Shown here one piece after another: positions 15,834-30,111 of a stretch of DNA of 64,000 nucleotides; position 1 is the first letter of the stretch, and each line of letters opens with the position of its first letter. The notes beneath the pieces were generated by a model. That model worked only from the letters and a program-made list of their open reading frames with translations. It was not told the origin of the DNA and searched no databases. The DNA is from Balamuthia mandrillaris (lineage: Eukaryota). The stretch lies in contig JAVKOQ020000001.1 in NCBI GenBank assembly GCA_031835245.2, positions 434,001 to 498,000 on the forward strand, read 5' to 3'. The position numbers and the translations under genes are program-made.

Positions 15834-16249
15834 GAAGCACAATACTGAACATTCCGTCCTCTTTTTTAAACAAAACAGAGTTTGGAGATCTTATTGATAG
15901 AATCTTTCAAAGTGATCCCGAGAAAAGAATCAGTTTGGAAGAGATCTGCAATCACCCATGGACCAATAAGGGCCACAAGCCCCTGCTACAGGAGCTTGAG
16001 GAGAAGCACGTCGACTATGTGGACGTGGAAGCTACTCCCTCTCCTCAGGTCATCGAGGCCCTCACCGAGTTTGGCTTCAACCAACAGGACATCCTCAACA
16101 GCATCGCTCAAAAGGCATTCAACTCGATCACCGCCTCTCTCTTCCTAGTACAAAAGGACCTGAAGCAAAAGGCTCAGCAACAGAAGCGAAAACCGATGCA
16201 GAGCTTCCATCAACCAAGCCACAACAACAAAACGGCGATCGTCAACTGA
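12482..16249 (+). CDS. Three PAS domains plus an AMPK/MARK-like Ser/Thr kinase and a UBA-like domain, multi-exon
   Basis: Repeated PAS motifs (FGY...ELIGQ, GYNRNELIGQNV, WGYKKEELLGKNV). Kinase motifs GLFGKVK, VVIK, HRDIKLEN, DLG, FCGSSAYAAPE, DVWSMG. UBA-like EALTEFGF. Confidence 0.88.
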
Positions 16250-16423
16250 GAACAGTTTTTGTTATAATTTGTAGAGTTCTTTCTCCTCCTCTCTTCTCGC
16301 TTTACATTTTTGTATACTTGTAACTTTGTAATATGTATGTATCAAACGTGTAAAATAGTAAAAACAACAACACACTCCAACGTTTCTTTCTTTTAAAATA
16401 AATAGTTTTACAAAAAAGAAAAA

Positions 16424-18168
16424 CTATGTGGAAGAAGTGGATGAGGAACTGTTGGTCTGTTTTTGGTGTTCCTTTTTGCCGAGTCGAATGGCCTCGTTGA
16501 AGCAGTCCAACAGTTCTTTGTTGGAAGGATCCAACTGCAAGCCTTCCCAAAAGGAACCTGCCGCCTCTCCGTAGTTCTTCATCTCGAAGTATGCCATGCC
16601 TTCTCTAAAGTATCCCTGTTAAGAGTTATTTTCCGTTAACTGGTGAAAAGAGGAACAGAGAAGGAAAAAAAAAGCAATAAAAGAAAACAAAAAGAAGGAA
16701 AGAAAAAGACAAAAAAAAACCTTTGGCCAGGAAGGAGCAAGTTGTTTGGCCTTTTGTGCATCGCGAAGGCTGGCATCATAGTCTTGAAGTTTGAGGAAGC
16801 AAGCCGAACGGTTGCTGTATAGGACATGATTGGCGGGGTCCAGCTCGATGGCTTGGCCGTACTTCTCTTTGGCAGTGGCCCAATCACCTGCCAAGAATGC
16901 TTTGTTGCCTTCGTTCTTTAACTGCGTTACCTGTTATTTGCGTTTACAAACGGTCGTTAGAATGTTAAAGAAAAGTACAGAGAAGAGAATAAAAGGAGAA
17001 GAAAGCAGGCAACATAGAACAGAGCAATCCAAACCTTCTCATCGACAGCACCCTCTCTTTGAGGCTTCTCCGGAAGCACATCTTGTTTCGTTTGTTTCTC
17101 GGGCGTCGTCGTCTCAGAAGCAGGAGAAGAAGTGGGAGCAACCACTTTCCTATCCACGAGAGAAGGAGCAGTTCGCCCACGCAACAAGCGAGCTGTGCGA
17201 TCATAGCCTTTGGCCTCTGCCATGTCCAACGGTGTCAAGCTCACCTCCCGCCCTCCTACTTGCTTAGTGGTGGCATTCGGGTTGGCTCCATGAGCCAACA
17301 GCTTCCTCACAATCTCCTCTCTGCCAGCGTCCGCCGCGCAATGCAGCGCCGTCCACCCTTCATCATTCGTTCGTTCGATATCCACTTGCTGCTGAGGAAG
17401 AGAGAGAAGCAGGTCAACGCCTTCCTCAAAGCCCATGGAGGCGGCCATGGCCAAGGCTGTGGCCTGGTCGAAGCTATTGGGAGCGTTGGGGTCGGCGCCG
17501 GCTTTGAGGAGAGCCTCCACCAGCTCCAGGTCCTGGTGCAGCACCGCATGAAGCAAGGGAGTGCCCACTTCATCCCTGTGTTCCAACAACAAAGCTACCT
17601 CTGGTGAGATCTTTTCTCCTTGGTCTTTTTCTGTGGAAGAGGCGGAGAGCGACTGAACGAGAAGTTGAACGAGCTGTTCTTTCTGAGCGGCGGAGGCGGT
17701 AGAAGGAGTGTTGGTGAGCAGGTGGAGCACCGTCTTGTTCTCCTTGTTGACGTGAGCGGCGTAGGCGCTTGACTCCAACAGCAGGAAACGGAGCAAGCTA
17801 AGGTCCGAGGGAGAGGAGAGGAATTGGCGAACGGCGAAGAAGAGGGGAGTGTCCTCGCGTTCGTCCTCTTGGGCGTTCACGTTGGCCCAGCACTCGGTGA
17901 GGAGGTACCTGGCCACCGCCTCCTGGCCAAAGTGACAGGCAAAGTGCAGGAGGGTGCGCTTGTGGGCGTCCTTAAAGTGGTCCACGAAACTGCAGGTGCT
18001 CTCATCCACCGCCCCCTCCTTCTCCTCTTCTTGCTTGCGGCGTTCAGTGAGCGCGTCTCGGAGGGTGGGCAGGTCGCCGGACTTGACGGCCAAGAAAAGC
18101 TTTTGAAGAAACTTCTTCTCGGTGAGATACTGCTGGGACTGCACGCCTGGCGACACCACCTCTTCCAT
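16424..18168 (-). CDS. Ankyrin-repeat plus C-terminal TPR protein
   Basis: Ankyrin repeats (RTLLHFAC, GTPLLHAV, GWTALHCAA). TPR segment KNEGNKAF...YSNRSACFLKL...GYFREGMAY. Confidence 0.88.
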
Positions 18169-18365
18169 CCTTTTATTGTTTGTTTTATTTGTTCTTTCGC
18201 TGTCTTTCTTTTTTCTTTGCTCCTTTTCTGTGTCGTCATGGACAAATAACCCATGTCGTCCCGAACGTCGTCATGAGAATTTCTGTCGACGTTATGATAT
18301 GTTCATGTCGTCGCGGAGAAAATACATGAACGAAAAAAAACCACAAGACAACGGAATCAGGAGAG

Positions 18366-21206
18366 ATGGAAGAGCAGTCGCATCATTCTGCGCAGGTCGC
18401 TGCAGCGGAACCGAATGGTGGCATTGATCCTTGCGCCTCGTTGTCGCCAGAGGTAATTACTTCATTTTTTGTTTATTTCACCTCCAAACGTCGATTTAAT
18501 TTTAAATTTGATTTTTGGTAAAAGGTCTGCATCCACCTTTTTGCATTCCTCTCAGCGCCAGAGCTACTCAAATGTTCCCTCGTTTCACGGCGTTGGCACG
18601 CTCTCACCAACGACTTTTTGCTTTGGGTATAACATCGCTTCTCTTTGCAAAACTCTTTCTCTATCCCTTCTCAGACCTCGCTCCCTTCCTCTCTCCCTCC
18701 CTCTCTCTCTCCCTCTCTCTACCTCTCTCTTCTCATTTTTTCCTCTGGGTAGAAACTGTTGTGCGAACGAACGTTTCACGTTTCGCGACTGCACCCGAAG
18801 TTCGATTCCTGGAAGCAGTTCTTTAAGCATCGATACCCGCTGCTGCAACAAATAGGCAAGCAACACCTCAACACGAAGAAGATCTCCACGGACCTCGTTC
18901 ATGTGCACAAAGACAGACTAACCATCAGCTATGTCGGCACTGCCAAAGGAGACCAAACCTTTGGAATATCCTTTTAACATAAGAGAAAAGAGAGAAAGGA
19001 AGAAGAGAGGAGAGAGCAAAAGAGAAAGAAGAGAGGAAAGAGAATGAGAGAAAGTGAAAGCCTTAACGAAAGCATAAGGAGCCCAAGCAGAGTATCCATT
19101 GCAGATACTACCGTTTGGAGACTTTTGCCTCTGTGCCTATTTCGAGGTTCACGTCATTGAGGCTGGCTCTAAAGAGTACCTTTGCCCTATTCTCTCTCCT
19201 TTTTCCTTTTACTGATTTACAAAACACGAAACGAAAAAACAAAACAAACAGACATATTGCAATAGGAATCGCTCTGGACGGATATACCGAAATCAACGCG
19301 GCACCAGGATGGCGAGCAGGCTCTTATGGCTACCACGGCGACGACGGCAAACTCTACCTGGAGTCCGGCTTTGGGCGACCCTGGGGCGCTCCCTTGTTCA
19401 CCTCTGGAGACACCGTTGGCTGCGGCGTCGACCTGAGGAGAGGAGACTTGTTCTTCACCAAGAATGGGGAGTTTGTGGGCGTGGCGAAGAGAGGCATCAA
19501 AGCTCCTTTCTCCTATTTTGCGGTATGTGCGCTCCATTCAGTGGGCGCCGTGGTACGGTTCAACTTTGGTGGAAGTCATGGCAGAGACTTTGCCTTTGAC
19601 ATTGCTGGTCATGTACAGACTCTTTGCGCAGAAAGTTAGTCTTGTTTTTTGTTTGTGTTTTGTTTGTTTGTGTTTATTTCCTTTTCCGTTTTGAATTTAT
19701 TTTCTCATAATATTAAACAAAAAAGATATGGAGGACTTGTTGCGACTTGACAGTGATATTGTTACGAGTGACGATGCTGCAGAGGCTTTAACGGTGGATT
19801 GGGACAATGTCGACCCTTTTGACGACGTGATGCGACGAATTGCGGAGGAAGGAGCCGAGGAGGACCAAGACTTTGTTGAGTATTGTCGTCGTCAGCTGCG
19901 AGCACTGAGGTTTGTTTTTTTAATTTGCTCATTTCGTCTTATGACTTCCTATCTTATGTCCTTCTTTTATGGCTTCTGTTCTATTCTTCTTTCTTTTCAA
20001 AAAAAAAACAACAGAATTGAAGGATTAGATGTGGACACAATGACTATTACGGACGTCTTTCGATCGTTAACGGGGCTTGCAATGTATCTCCGAAGAGCCA
20101 TTGAAGAAAACAAGCGGTGGTCAGATGTGAGCGAGGTCGTAGAGCGTCCAGAACTAGACGAAGCTGCGTTTGCTGACATTTTCAACGCTCAACAAATCCT
20201 CGCTGACAACAATCAATTGACGGCATCTCCTTTGGTTCAGGGCATTCTGGGACAACTTGCTGGCTTCTGTGTTTACAATAATGATCCTAATCCGACAAAT
20301 GAAGAAGCAGAAGCAACTGAAGCGCCTACAGAAACAACAACTACTGCAGAAGATGAAGAAGAGCAAGAAACACCGCAACAAGTAGAAAGAGAAGATAGCG
20401 AATCAGGACTAGAAAAAGGAAAGGAAAAGGTGAACAATGACCGGGCGGAAGATGACAGCGACTCTTCCGATAATGACGATGAGGAAGAAGTTCAACGAAG
20501 ACAACCACCGCGAAAACGACGAGAAGAGACCAAACGAGACATCATGATACCACAAGATCTATGGGACTCGCTGGATGACTCTGGTAAACGCGCCATGCTC
20601 ATCCCTCTTCTTGCCATTCCTTGCACCGAATACGCCCGAGCCGTCTGCAGAAGAGATCTCTATTGGGTTACCAACCTTGACGTGCTTGATTCCGATCCCA
20701 AAGTATGTTTCCAATTCTTGTTCATCCTCTTCCCCTTCCTCTGCTTTTTTGTCTCAAATCTTTTCTTTTGTAAGATTCAAGCAATATTGCAAAACTATCA
20801 GTTTGATAGCAGAATGCAAGCCACAAGGCACTTAACAGATGCCTGCAATAACCTCGGCTCCCAAATCAACCAACTGAAATCAGCTGTCGCGCAGGCCAAA
20901 GCCAGACACGAAGCTTCCAAGCACCAATCCACCAAACGCTCCCTCCTCAATCTGTTCCGCTTTGGCAGCAGAAACTCTTCCTCTTCTTCCCCCTCCTCTT
21001 CATCATCCAACTCTTCTGCAACAATGCCCATTTCGCACAGTCCAGTGGCCAATCTGTTATATCACTCTTGGAGGTTAGTTTCTGGTATGTTTGGTGGCAG
21101 CAGCAACACAACAAGAGCACGTTCTTCATCATCCTCATCCCCATCATCACCGTCTTCTTCCTCCTCTTCACAAACACCTTATAATCAAGAAGAGGATGAA
21201 AAATAA
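18366..21206 (+). CDS. F-box plus SPRY (RanBP9/10-type) protein with acidic/Ser-rich C-terminus
   Basis: Spliced F-box (LSPE|VCIHLFAFLSAPELLKCSLVSRRW). SPRY motif PGWRAGSYGYHGDDG...GDTVGCG...FFTKNG...VRFNFG. Confidence 0.8.
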
Positions 21207-21536
21207 AAAAACGCATTCTTCTTCAAGTTTCCCAACTGCGTTGGTACAGGTACTCTCTCTCTCCTCTGCGCCTTTGATTCAGATTGGAACAGGGAAAAAT
21301 AGATAAGATCACATTTTTGATATCTGATTGGGCAACAATGCCTGTTGGCTCCTCAAGCATATCCTTTTTTTGGGTGAAGGCTGGAAAATTTGTTGAAATT
21401 CACACCCTGATTGGGCAACAAATTGTTCGTTAGCGTTCCGAAGCGGCGCCTCTGGAGGCTTCAAAAGACCTGGAAGCATTACTGTGCCCGTATGGTTATG
21501 CTTGTTGACCACCACCGCTAACCTCTTGACGAACAA

Positions 21537-23843
21537 ATGCACTGGACGCGTGGCCAGCTCTTTCAAGGGTTGCTGCTGATCCTCACCGGAAGCCTTTTGT
21601 TGGGCGCCTTCCTTTCCAGCAGGGTCACCTCGCATGCCCCCTCCACAAGTTCCTCTGAGGCGGCACAGAACAACCATCCTTATGAATCGCACGTGCCAGG
21701 CGAGCAAGAAACGATGCAACGTTCTTCATACTCCAAGAACGACACCGAACCGCTGTCCGCAACCTCTCCTCTTCTACCGACAACAAAGTCATCCTATTCT
21801 TCCTTCTCGTCCTTCTCTTCTTCCACTTCCTCTTCCTACTCCTCTTCCTCCTCCTCCTCCTCCTCCTCCTCCTCTTTTTCTTCTTCTTCATCTTCTTCGG
21901 TATCCGCTTCCCGCACCGGAGTATCTCTGCAAAACTACGTGGAGGTGGCTATTGCTCAAGGACACGACGTGCAACCGCAACACCAAGAGTGCTACGCGAG
22001 GTGGGGGCTTAACTATCTCACCGAATGGCGGGCCAACGGTCAAGACTACTGCAACCCATTCTCATCCACTTCTTCTTCGTCTGAGGCCGTTTGTCACTTA
22101 TTCAAAGACCCCAGAGAAGCTGGAGGCATACCAAGGAACGTTTGTCTGTTGCGAAGGGTGGTGATGGACTTTGCCAAGATTAAAGAAAAGAAGTGTGGCT
22201 GTAGTGTGGGTAACTACCAAAAGTCATCTTCAAATTCCTTTGAGTTGAACGGTTTGTTCCTTTGTCGTTTCGTTCTGTGTGTCGCCTCTTGTTCCTTTCC
22301 TCATGCTTTCTTCTTTGCTAATACTGCTGCGTAACTATAGATGGAGCTGTGCAGCTGGCTTGTAACAAAGAGGCCTCCCTTTGGAGTGAGCACAACTTTG
22401 CAGAAAATAACCTCTATTGGTCTCTTCATACCACGTTTGGCAAACTGGACAACATGGAAAGTATGTGCAACAGCAACAACACCATTCGTCATCCTGTCTA
22501 TATCATCAACCGGTGGGATGTAAGTTCTCCTGCTTTTTCCAATTTTGTTTTCATCTCTTTTGGTAGTTATGTTGCAGTTTACTTATCTTTGTTTACTGTG
22601 GTGCCAAACAAGACGACCAATTGGTTTCATGCGCAAGAAGACCTTGTTCGGGCGTTCACCAGTTTTGCTCTATTGGGCTTCGATCCATCAGAGTCTCAAA
22701 TCATCATAGCCGAAGGAATGATGCACGTTGCCTTCTTCTCCCTTCCAAAACTTTAGTATTTATTTTTTTCTTATCAACGTCCTTAACAAAAAGTAAGGGA
22801 CCTTACATCGAGGTGTTCCGCAGAGCATTCTCGCCAAACCATCCAGTATTATATCTGTCAGATCTCCACAACAAAGCATATTGCTTTGAGAGGGCTACCA
22901 TCAGCATTTTTGGAGGTACCAGTCCCATTAGTCGAGACATAGGTGCAAGATGGCAATGCCGTTCCAGTCCTGTTTTGATTGGTTACAGGTTTGCGTTGTT
23001 CTTGCTATGCTTCTTGTTCTTGTTCTTGTTCTTCTTGTTCTGCTTCTTCTTCTTCTTCTTCTTCTTCTTCTTCTTCTTCTTCTTCTTCTTCTTCTTCTTC
23101 TGCCTTCTTCTTCTTCATGTCTTTACGCTTTGCGACAACAAAGAAACTACATGCTGGATGCACTGAATGTGAGAGACTTTCTCCCTGATCCGAACACCAT
23201 TACCATCACTGTTTCTGAGCGAAGGGACTATGTCAACGATGAACATGTGGGCAATAGGAATGTTGAGCGAAAAATAGAAAACCACCAGCAGTTTGTAAGT
23301 ATGTTGATGCAGAGATATCCACAAGCCATCATAAGAAACGTTAACTTCGCATCGCTTGATATTATGGAACAGGTTATTATTCTTCTCATGAACCTTTTGT
23401 TTTTATGTTTAAGGCATTTTCATTCCTATCTTTCTTCTCTGGTCTTATAGATCAATATCATTCGCAAAACGGACATTTTAATCGGTATTCATGGTGCTGC
23501 TCTCGCTCATATTACATTCTTACCACAAGACAGTTCACTCGTCGAAGTAATCAACTACCTTTTTTCCCTCCTTTGAAACCGTCTTCTCACTCTCTTTCTC
23601 TCTCCCCTCTCGCTCTTCTCTATTCGCTCTTTTCTCGCTTCTCTCCGGTCCACATAGATATGGTCTCCAGGACGGTTTGGGAACTATCATTATGAGAACA
23701 TGGCGGCCTACTTCAACATCGACTACTCTCGTGCCAGTATTTACAACCACAAAATAGCGGACCCGGCTCCCATATTCCAAGCCATCGACCCAGCATACAA
23801 AAGGATTCAACGGCTGAAGGAGATGAAGCAAAGAGAGCAATAG
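21537..23843 (+). CDS. Type II membrane glycosyltransferase, GT61 (EOGT/POMGNT2-like)
   Basis: N-terminal TM anchor, Ser-rich stem, NWFH motif, C-terminal DILIGIHGAALAH (HGAGL-type) motif and HYENMA. Confidence 0.75.
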
Positions 23844-23982
23844 CTCCACATCATACTTTCCTTTTCCGAGTCGATATCACGTCAGCGTGCCGCTTCACCC
23901 AAGATGTTGGTTGGCGAAGAACAGCCCGAGCTTTCCCTATTTGTTTTGTTTTTGTTTTGTTTATATTATAAACTCTCAAGCA

Positions 23983-26109
23983 ATGACTTCCCGGTCCCGG
24001 TGGGGCCGCACCACTTCTGGTAGATCTCAGGAGAAGAGAATGGACCACGCCAAGAACCAAGAACGACAACAAGAAGACAAAGAAGCGGACAAAAACAAAC
24101 CCAAGGTTGAGGAGGAGGAAGATGATGAAGAGGAAATATTACCTGCAGTCTCTCCTGCAGATCCTCCGGACCTTGCTACAGCCTCTCTCTCCCCATCGAC
24201 CATCCCTCAAACGCCACGCTCTCAAATGACCTGGCTAACCAAAGTGTTCGAGGAGGAAAGCAAGCGGAACCGGAGCAGCGTTTACGGAGTGGACTACAGC
24301 AGTTTGGGAACTTTTTCTCTCAAGTCAGAAAGCGACGCCATGTTTCGGTTGGTATTTTCCTTGTTCTCATAACGCATGGTGCATTTGAGCTAACTGTTCT
24401 GAGAACCTTTTCCATACCCAAGGTTTTGGGTTCTTGTTCAAGACTTCAAAAGAACGAAAGACAGGCTCGCAAGAACAACAATAGCGAAAACGTTGTACAC
24501 AGAATACCTCATTCCATCCTCTCCCGAATACCTCTTGCACAGCAACTCTGCTCTCCAAGTACGCGTTCTCAGCCCATCTCATGAGCTGCTCTTACTTAGT
24601 TGCGTTGTCAACAGATGAATCCATCAATAATGAAAAGCATTGAACGAACGTTGAGTGAGTTGGCTATATATCCTCGCAACCTCTTTGATGAAGCCCAACA
24701 GGAGGTGTGGAAGTTGATGCGACAACAAAAGTTTCCTGTATTCTTGAAGAACATGTTCAACGCTGTTATCTTCGTGGCTAACACTCACAAAATAATCACT
24801 TGTAACAACACGAACGTAGCCATGGGAATGGGAGCTGTCACATCACCAACAGAACAACGTTTAATGGATGCAGCATTGCACCATCAACACCACAACGCAA
24901 CACTGTTCGATTCCTCGTTTGTTTGTTCTCTTGTGTTTTTCTGTGTTGTTGTTTTGTCCTCTGCTGGTTTTTGATGTCGTCTCGGTGTTTTGTCCTATCT
25001 TTCTTACCTTACTCAAAACCATTCTCTCGTCCTCCATGATAGCGGACAAGCTTCTCGTTTCTCTCCCTCATTCGTGTCAGCAGAGACAGCAGCGAAGTCA
25101 GCGCAGCTCCACATGAACTTGCAGCTGCAGATCCCCGACGTGGTATTCACCGGTTTTGTTCGCTTTGTGCACTCCTCCAAGTGGACCACCCAGCCCAGCG
25201 ACTCCGGCAATGTGGCTGGAAATGGTGCTGGTGGTAGTAACGCTGGCCGCAATGATGATGGTTCAACGTTGAACTATGGACTCAGTAGCCCAGAGGGTCC
25301 TCTGCCAAGTAACAGCAATGCAAAGACACCACCGGGACAGGAGTTGGCTTACCTCAACCCGTCGGACGCTACCAACGGATTATGCGCCGTCAAAGGTTCC
25401 GCCGTTGTTAATGCTCCTGCTTACAAGGTTTCTCTCTCTTTCTGTTTCTTTTTTTTTTAAAAAAAAAAAAGAAATGCCACTATAGCAACTCGCTGCTTGC
25501 AACACAATGACAAACAACTTATAGGTGCTGGACTTTATAACCTCGGTGGAGGAGCGTTGCTGGTGGGATGACCTCTATGGAGTGGGCCAGGTGCTGGAGA
25601 CTTTTGGAGAGGACCTGACGCAGCTGTTGCGGGTCGACATGTACATACCCGGCGGCCGCAACGTCGTCAATAACAGGGACTTGCTTGTCCTTCGCAGTGC
25701 CAAACGCATGAGAGACGGAGCGTGTATATACCTTTGGCGCTCGGTAACTACTTATTCATGTTCATGCTTTTCTTCTTTCGTTTTTCTAACTTCCTCCTCC
25801 TTTTCTCCGTTGTCTTTTGTCCGTCCTATGCGCTACTGTCCTTGCTTCTTCTTTCTTTATGTTTTTTTTTTAAAAAACCTCTCTGCGCAGGTTGCGCATC
25901 CAAAGTATCCACCAAAGCCAGACGTTTTGAGGGCGGAAGCCATCCTCGCTGGTTTCCTTGTGTTGCCAAACGAAGACCGGTTCACTTCCACGCTAATATC
26001 CATATCTATGGTCTGCTTTCTCACCTTCTCCTACTTCTTTGCCTCCAATCTTTTGTCCTCTTTCCTCTCCTCCTTCTTCTGCTTCTTCTTTCTTCTTCTT
26101 AGTTCTTTC

Positions 26110-26141
<32 letters not shown>

Positions 26142-29100
26142 CTTCTTCTTCTTCTTCTTCTTCTTCTTCTTCTTCTTCTTCTTGTTCTTCTTGTTCTTCT
26201 TCTGTCTCCTTCATTTAACGCAACATATGATAGTTGGATCCGAAAGGGAAAGTATCGGCAACAGCAGTGCAGTCCCTAAACATGATGCAAGCACGTTTGC
26301 CGCTGCGCTTCGCCCAATACATGCGTGACGTGGAGCAACTCCACATCGAACGACCACTGCCGAGCCACATCCGCCCTCCCTTCTTCGTTCCAACTTGTTA
26401 CAGCTACAACGGCAGTTGGAATCCCTGTCCGGAAGCTCCTGTTCTTGGGCAACATGGACCCAACAACAACAACGTGAACGATACAGTGAAGAAAGAAGAG
26501 GAGGAACAAGAGAACAACAGCAATGGCGCTCAACAAAGGGAACGGAAAGGATCCAAGAAGAGCTGCCCCATATCAGCTCATATAAGTTTCATGGAGGCGG
26601 AGAGCGTGTTAGTGCTGAGCAAGGGACCGATCAACGTTTCGTCCTCCGCGTCGTCGTCTTCATCGTCTACGGTGAAGCATTGGATAGGATATCATAACGG
26701 AAAGAGAGGGTTGTTTGATGTGGACTATGTGCGGCTGTCAGATGCGGCTTCTCCTGTTGTTGCTGCTCTTTCAACCTCATCGAACTCTCCTTTGAAACAC
26801 ACTTCAGGTTTCTTCTTCTTATTTATATTCTTCGTTATTCTAACTTTATCAACTAAACAGAAGAAGAGAATAGAGGAACAATCTCACCTTCCGTCAACTA
26901 CACGCCATTCATAGAGCTCATCACTCGCCCCAACCTCACCATTCTTTCCACAATTTGCAACCATGCCGATCCCTCTGTGGCTGAACGCTCCGCTCTCGCC
27001 TTTCTCCAACTCCTGAAGATAACCCCTGGCCGAACCATCCCTCTTCTGATCACCCTCATCGCCAACGAGGTGCGAAAGACAAACCTCATTGAGAGCTCCA
27101 CGCTCTTTCGTGGCCACAACATCGCGAGCCATCTATTGAGCGCCTACTGCCAACTAGTCGGAAGGCATTACCTTCACAAGATGGTTCAACCGCTGGTGGA
27201 GAAAGTGTTGGCCTTTTACTCGCAGGGCAAGTCCATTGAAGTGGATCCGGCGAGGTTGGGGCCACACGATAATCCGCACGGCAACTTGCAGAGGTTGAAC
27301 GAGATATGCTCCTCCTTTGTGCCTACCACTCTTTCCTCGTTGAGGTTTTGTCCAAAGTAACTCCCTCCGCATTCGGTTCCTCTTCTCACTTTCTTTAGTG
27401 CTTCATCCCTTTATACTAATTGTTTGCTCTATAGCACGTTTCGCGTCATATGTTATCATCTGCAAAGAGAAGTGGAGAAAAAGTTTCCAGATAGCAGATA
27501 TATAGTGCTGGGCGGATTCTTTTTCCTCCGTTTCATCAGTCCTGCTATCGTCAGCCCTGAGGCATTCGGCGTTCTTGATGGCAAGATCTCGTGTTCATCT
27601 TATTGTTCTTGTTCTTCTTGCTCTTCTTACATGTCTCTCTCTCCTTCAGCATTAGGAAAGAAACCGGAGGACATAACTCCTGATGTCAGAAGAGGCCTCG
27701 TCCTTGTCTCCAAAGTTATCCAAAACCTAGCAAACGGCGTTGAGTTTGGCGAGAAGGAGGAGCACATGACACAGCTCAACTCCTTCATCCGAAGCAACAT
27801 TCCCGAGATGGAGCGTTTCTTCGAGGAGATTGCCTCCTTTTTTCCTGATGTCGAACCTGAAGAGCAACTCTCCACGGAGGACGTTCGTCCATTTGCCCGT
27901 TATCTTCATGCCGTAGTATGCGATCATCTTACCGACATTGTCCTCAAGTTTGAGCAGTTGGAAAGAAGTTCCTCGCCCTCTTCGACTTCTTCTTCTTCTT
28001 CTGCTTCTCCTGTTGGCAACCGAATTATGGAGAAGAACGGACAGTCCACCTTTGAGACGCTGATACAAGTTCTGTTGGGAGCGGGGCCGGCCCCTCCAGT
28101 CGATGAGAAAGATATCAATCTCGAAATAGCTCTGCACGGATGTTACTCTTCTTCGTTTCCTTTGTCTTCTTCCTCGCTGTCTCCTTCTACTTCAAAGAAA
28201 AGCAAGTTTCTATCCATCAAAGGAAAGAAGAGCAGAAAGAGTTCTGGGTCAGGTATAGCGACAGGAATAGCAGTAGGAGGCAGCGGAGGAGCAAGTGGAA
28301 GTGGGGGAGGAGGAAGCGTTATTGGAGGAAGAGTGAGAGGAGGTGTACCGAACTTCGAACGACCTGTTCGGAAAGGCAAACCACGAATGTTCTATGGAAC
28401 AATCTCTGGTGCCATTTCTCACGCGTCTTCCTTCTCCTCTTCATCTTCATCTTCAACTTCTTCCTCTGCTTCTTCAACGAATGTTTCATCTTCACAAGAG
28501 ACTCAACAAGGCCTTCGTTCTTCGGATGGAAGTGTTGCCACAAGAGGAGGTCCTTCCATCAAAGAACTTCGTAGCACATTTGAAGCTCAGTCTGTACATT
28601 CTTCCACTTCTCCATCCTCACTTTCTTTCGGCAAACGGCCAACTGTAAACAATAGACCAAAGGGTGGTAGCACAACTAGACCTTTTGCTCATTCTCTATG
28701 GGAGAATGGAGAGATCCATCGCTCCTCTCCTCCCTCTTCTGCCTCACCTCCAAACCACAACACCGACCCCTTTCTTCCTCCTCCTAACAACATTTCTCTT
28801 TCTTCTCCATCTTCGCCCTCTTCCTCTCATTCCTCCTCCTCTCCCATCGAGACAAGACGACGAAGCGCCACAAGCCCCAATGTGCATATCATCAACCATA
28901 ACAAAAAGAAAGAGAAGGCTCTGAATGTTCAGGAGGATAGCAGAAGCCAAACCTGGCTGACAACATCGGAGAAGGAGACGAAGCAAAAGCAGAAGGAGCA
29001 AAGAAAGAATAAGGCACGCTTTAGAAGTGAATCGTTTTCGATGGGAGACGGCCGCAGCAACCCTCTGGGCAGCGACGGAGAGGAGTCGCCTTCGGCTATG

Positions 29101-30111
29101 CACCAAAACGCAAGCTCTCCCAAACGGATTTTACGTCGCTTCACCTTTAAAGACGGCAACAAACGAAAAGGTATTGCATATCTCTCTCCTCTTCTTCTTC
29201 GTTTGCTCATATTTTCTTTTGCACAACAAAGAAAAACATGAAACACTCTCCAAAGCCGATAGCGCAGAAGATAGAGAGGCCCTGCACCAAGCCTTAGCAA
29301 AGCTTCAGGAACGCAAGAAACAAGCCCAAAGAGACATTGAGCAGCTCTTGCTGGACTCCTTAACGACAGCCGCAGCAAATACCAACTCGACCCTTCGGAC
29401 CAAAGCAACAAAGCTGGAGGAACTCAGAATACTGCTTAGAGTGATGGAAGGCCATGTCTGCGCCATCGAACGGCTGGAAAGCCGTTTGAACCTGCCTCGC
29501 TCCCAGCACCAAGCCAGCGGCAGTCTCAAAGAGTTTTTGTCCTCCTCCTCGCCCTCCTCTGCCACCTCCCCTCGCAAGTGGCGTGGAGGGTCGCCTTCTC
29601 CTGCCTTTGTTCCAGCCAACAAAGCAGCCCTCCCGCTTCGTCAACAAGGCTCGCAGCAGATGGAACAATCTTCATCGCTAGAAAATGAATCCACAGCAAC
29701 AAGTGCGGGAGAAGAGCAGTCACCCTCGGCATCGGGTACGACGACCGAGCTACCACCACAACCATCCACGGGATCACAAGTCGAAGATGCCAGCGCTCCT
29801 TCAGGTTTGGCTCCTCTTTCTTTTCATCAGAGAACGGTGCTAACACATAAAGCATCTCTCTGCGTGAAGGCATAGCGATAGGAAGAGTGCGACCTCGCTC
29901 CAAAAGTCTTTGGACGGCAGCAACCACTCCTCCCTTCAGCACAACAACGTTGGCAAGCCCTTCTTCCGCAGAAGCAGCGGCAATGGAACGACGTTCGAGC
30001 CCGTCTTCTCCATCGCCTGCCAGAAGGGGCACCGGCGGCTTCACATCCAGCACCATGCGCACCAAAAGTTTGGACCACGGCCACAGCTACAATCCTAACC
30101 TCCTCTTTTAA
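23983..30111 (+). CDS. Multidomain RasGAP: RGS, START, SH3 and RasGAP, with Ser-rich and coiled-coil tail
   Basis: RGS (FWVLVQDFK...LFDEAQQEVWKLM...FPVF). START (RCWWD, NRDLLVLR, HPKYPPKPDVLRAE, DPKG). SH3 (WIGYHNGKRGLFDVDYV). RasGAP (LFRG, FFLRFISPAIVSPE, KVIQNLAN). The stop is either 29875 or 30111. Confidence 0.8.
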
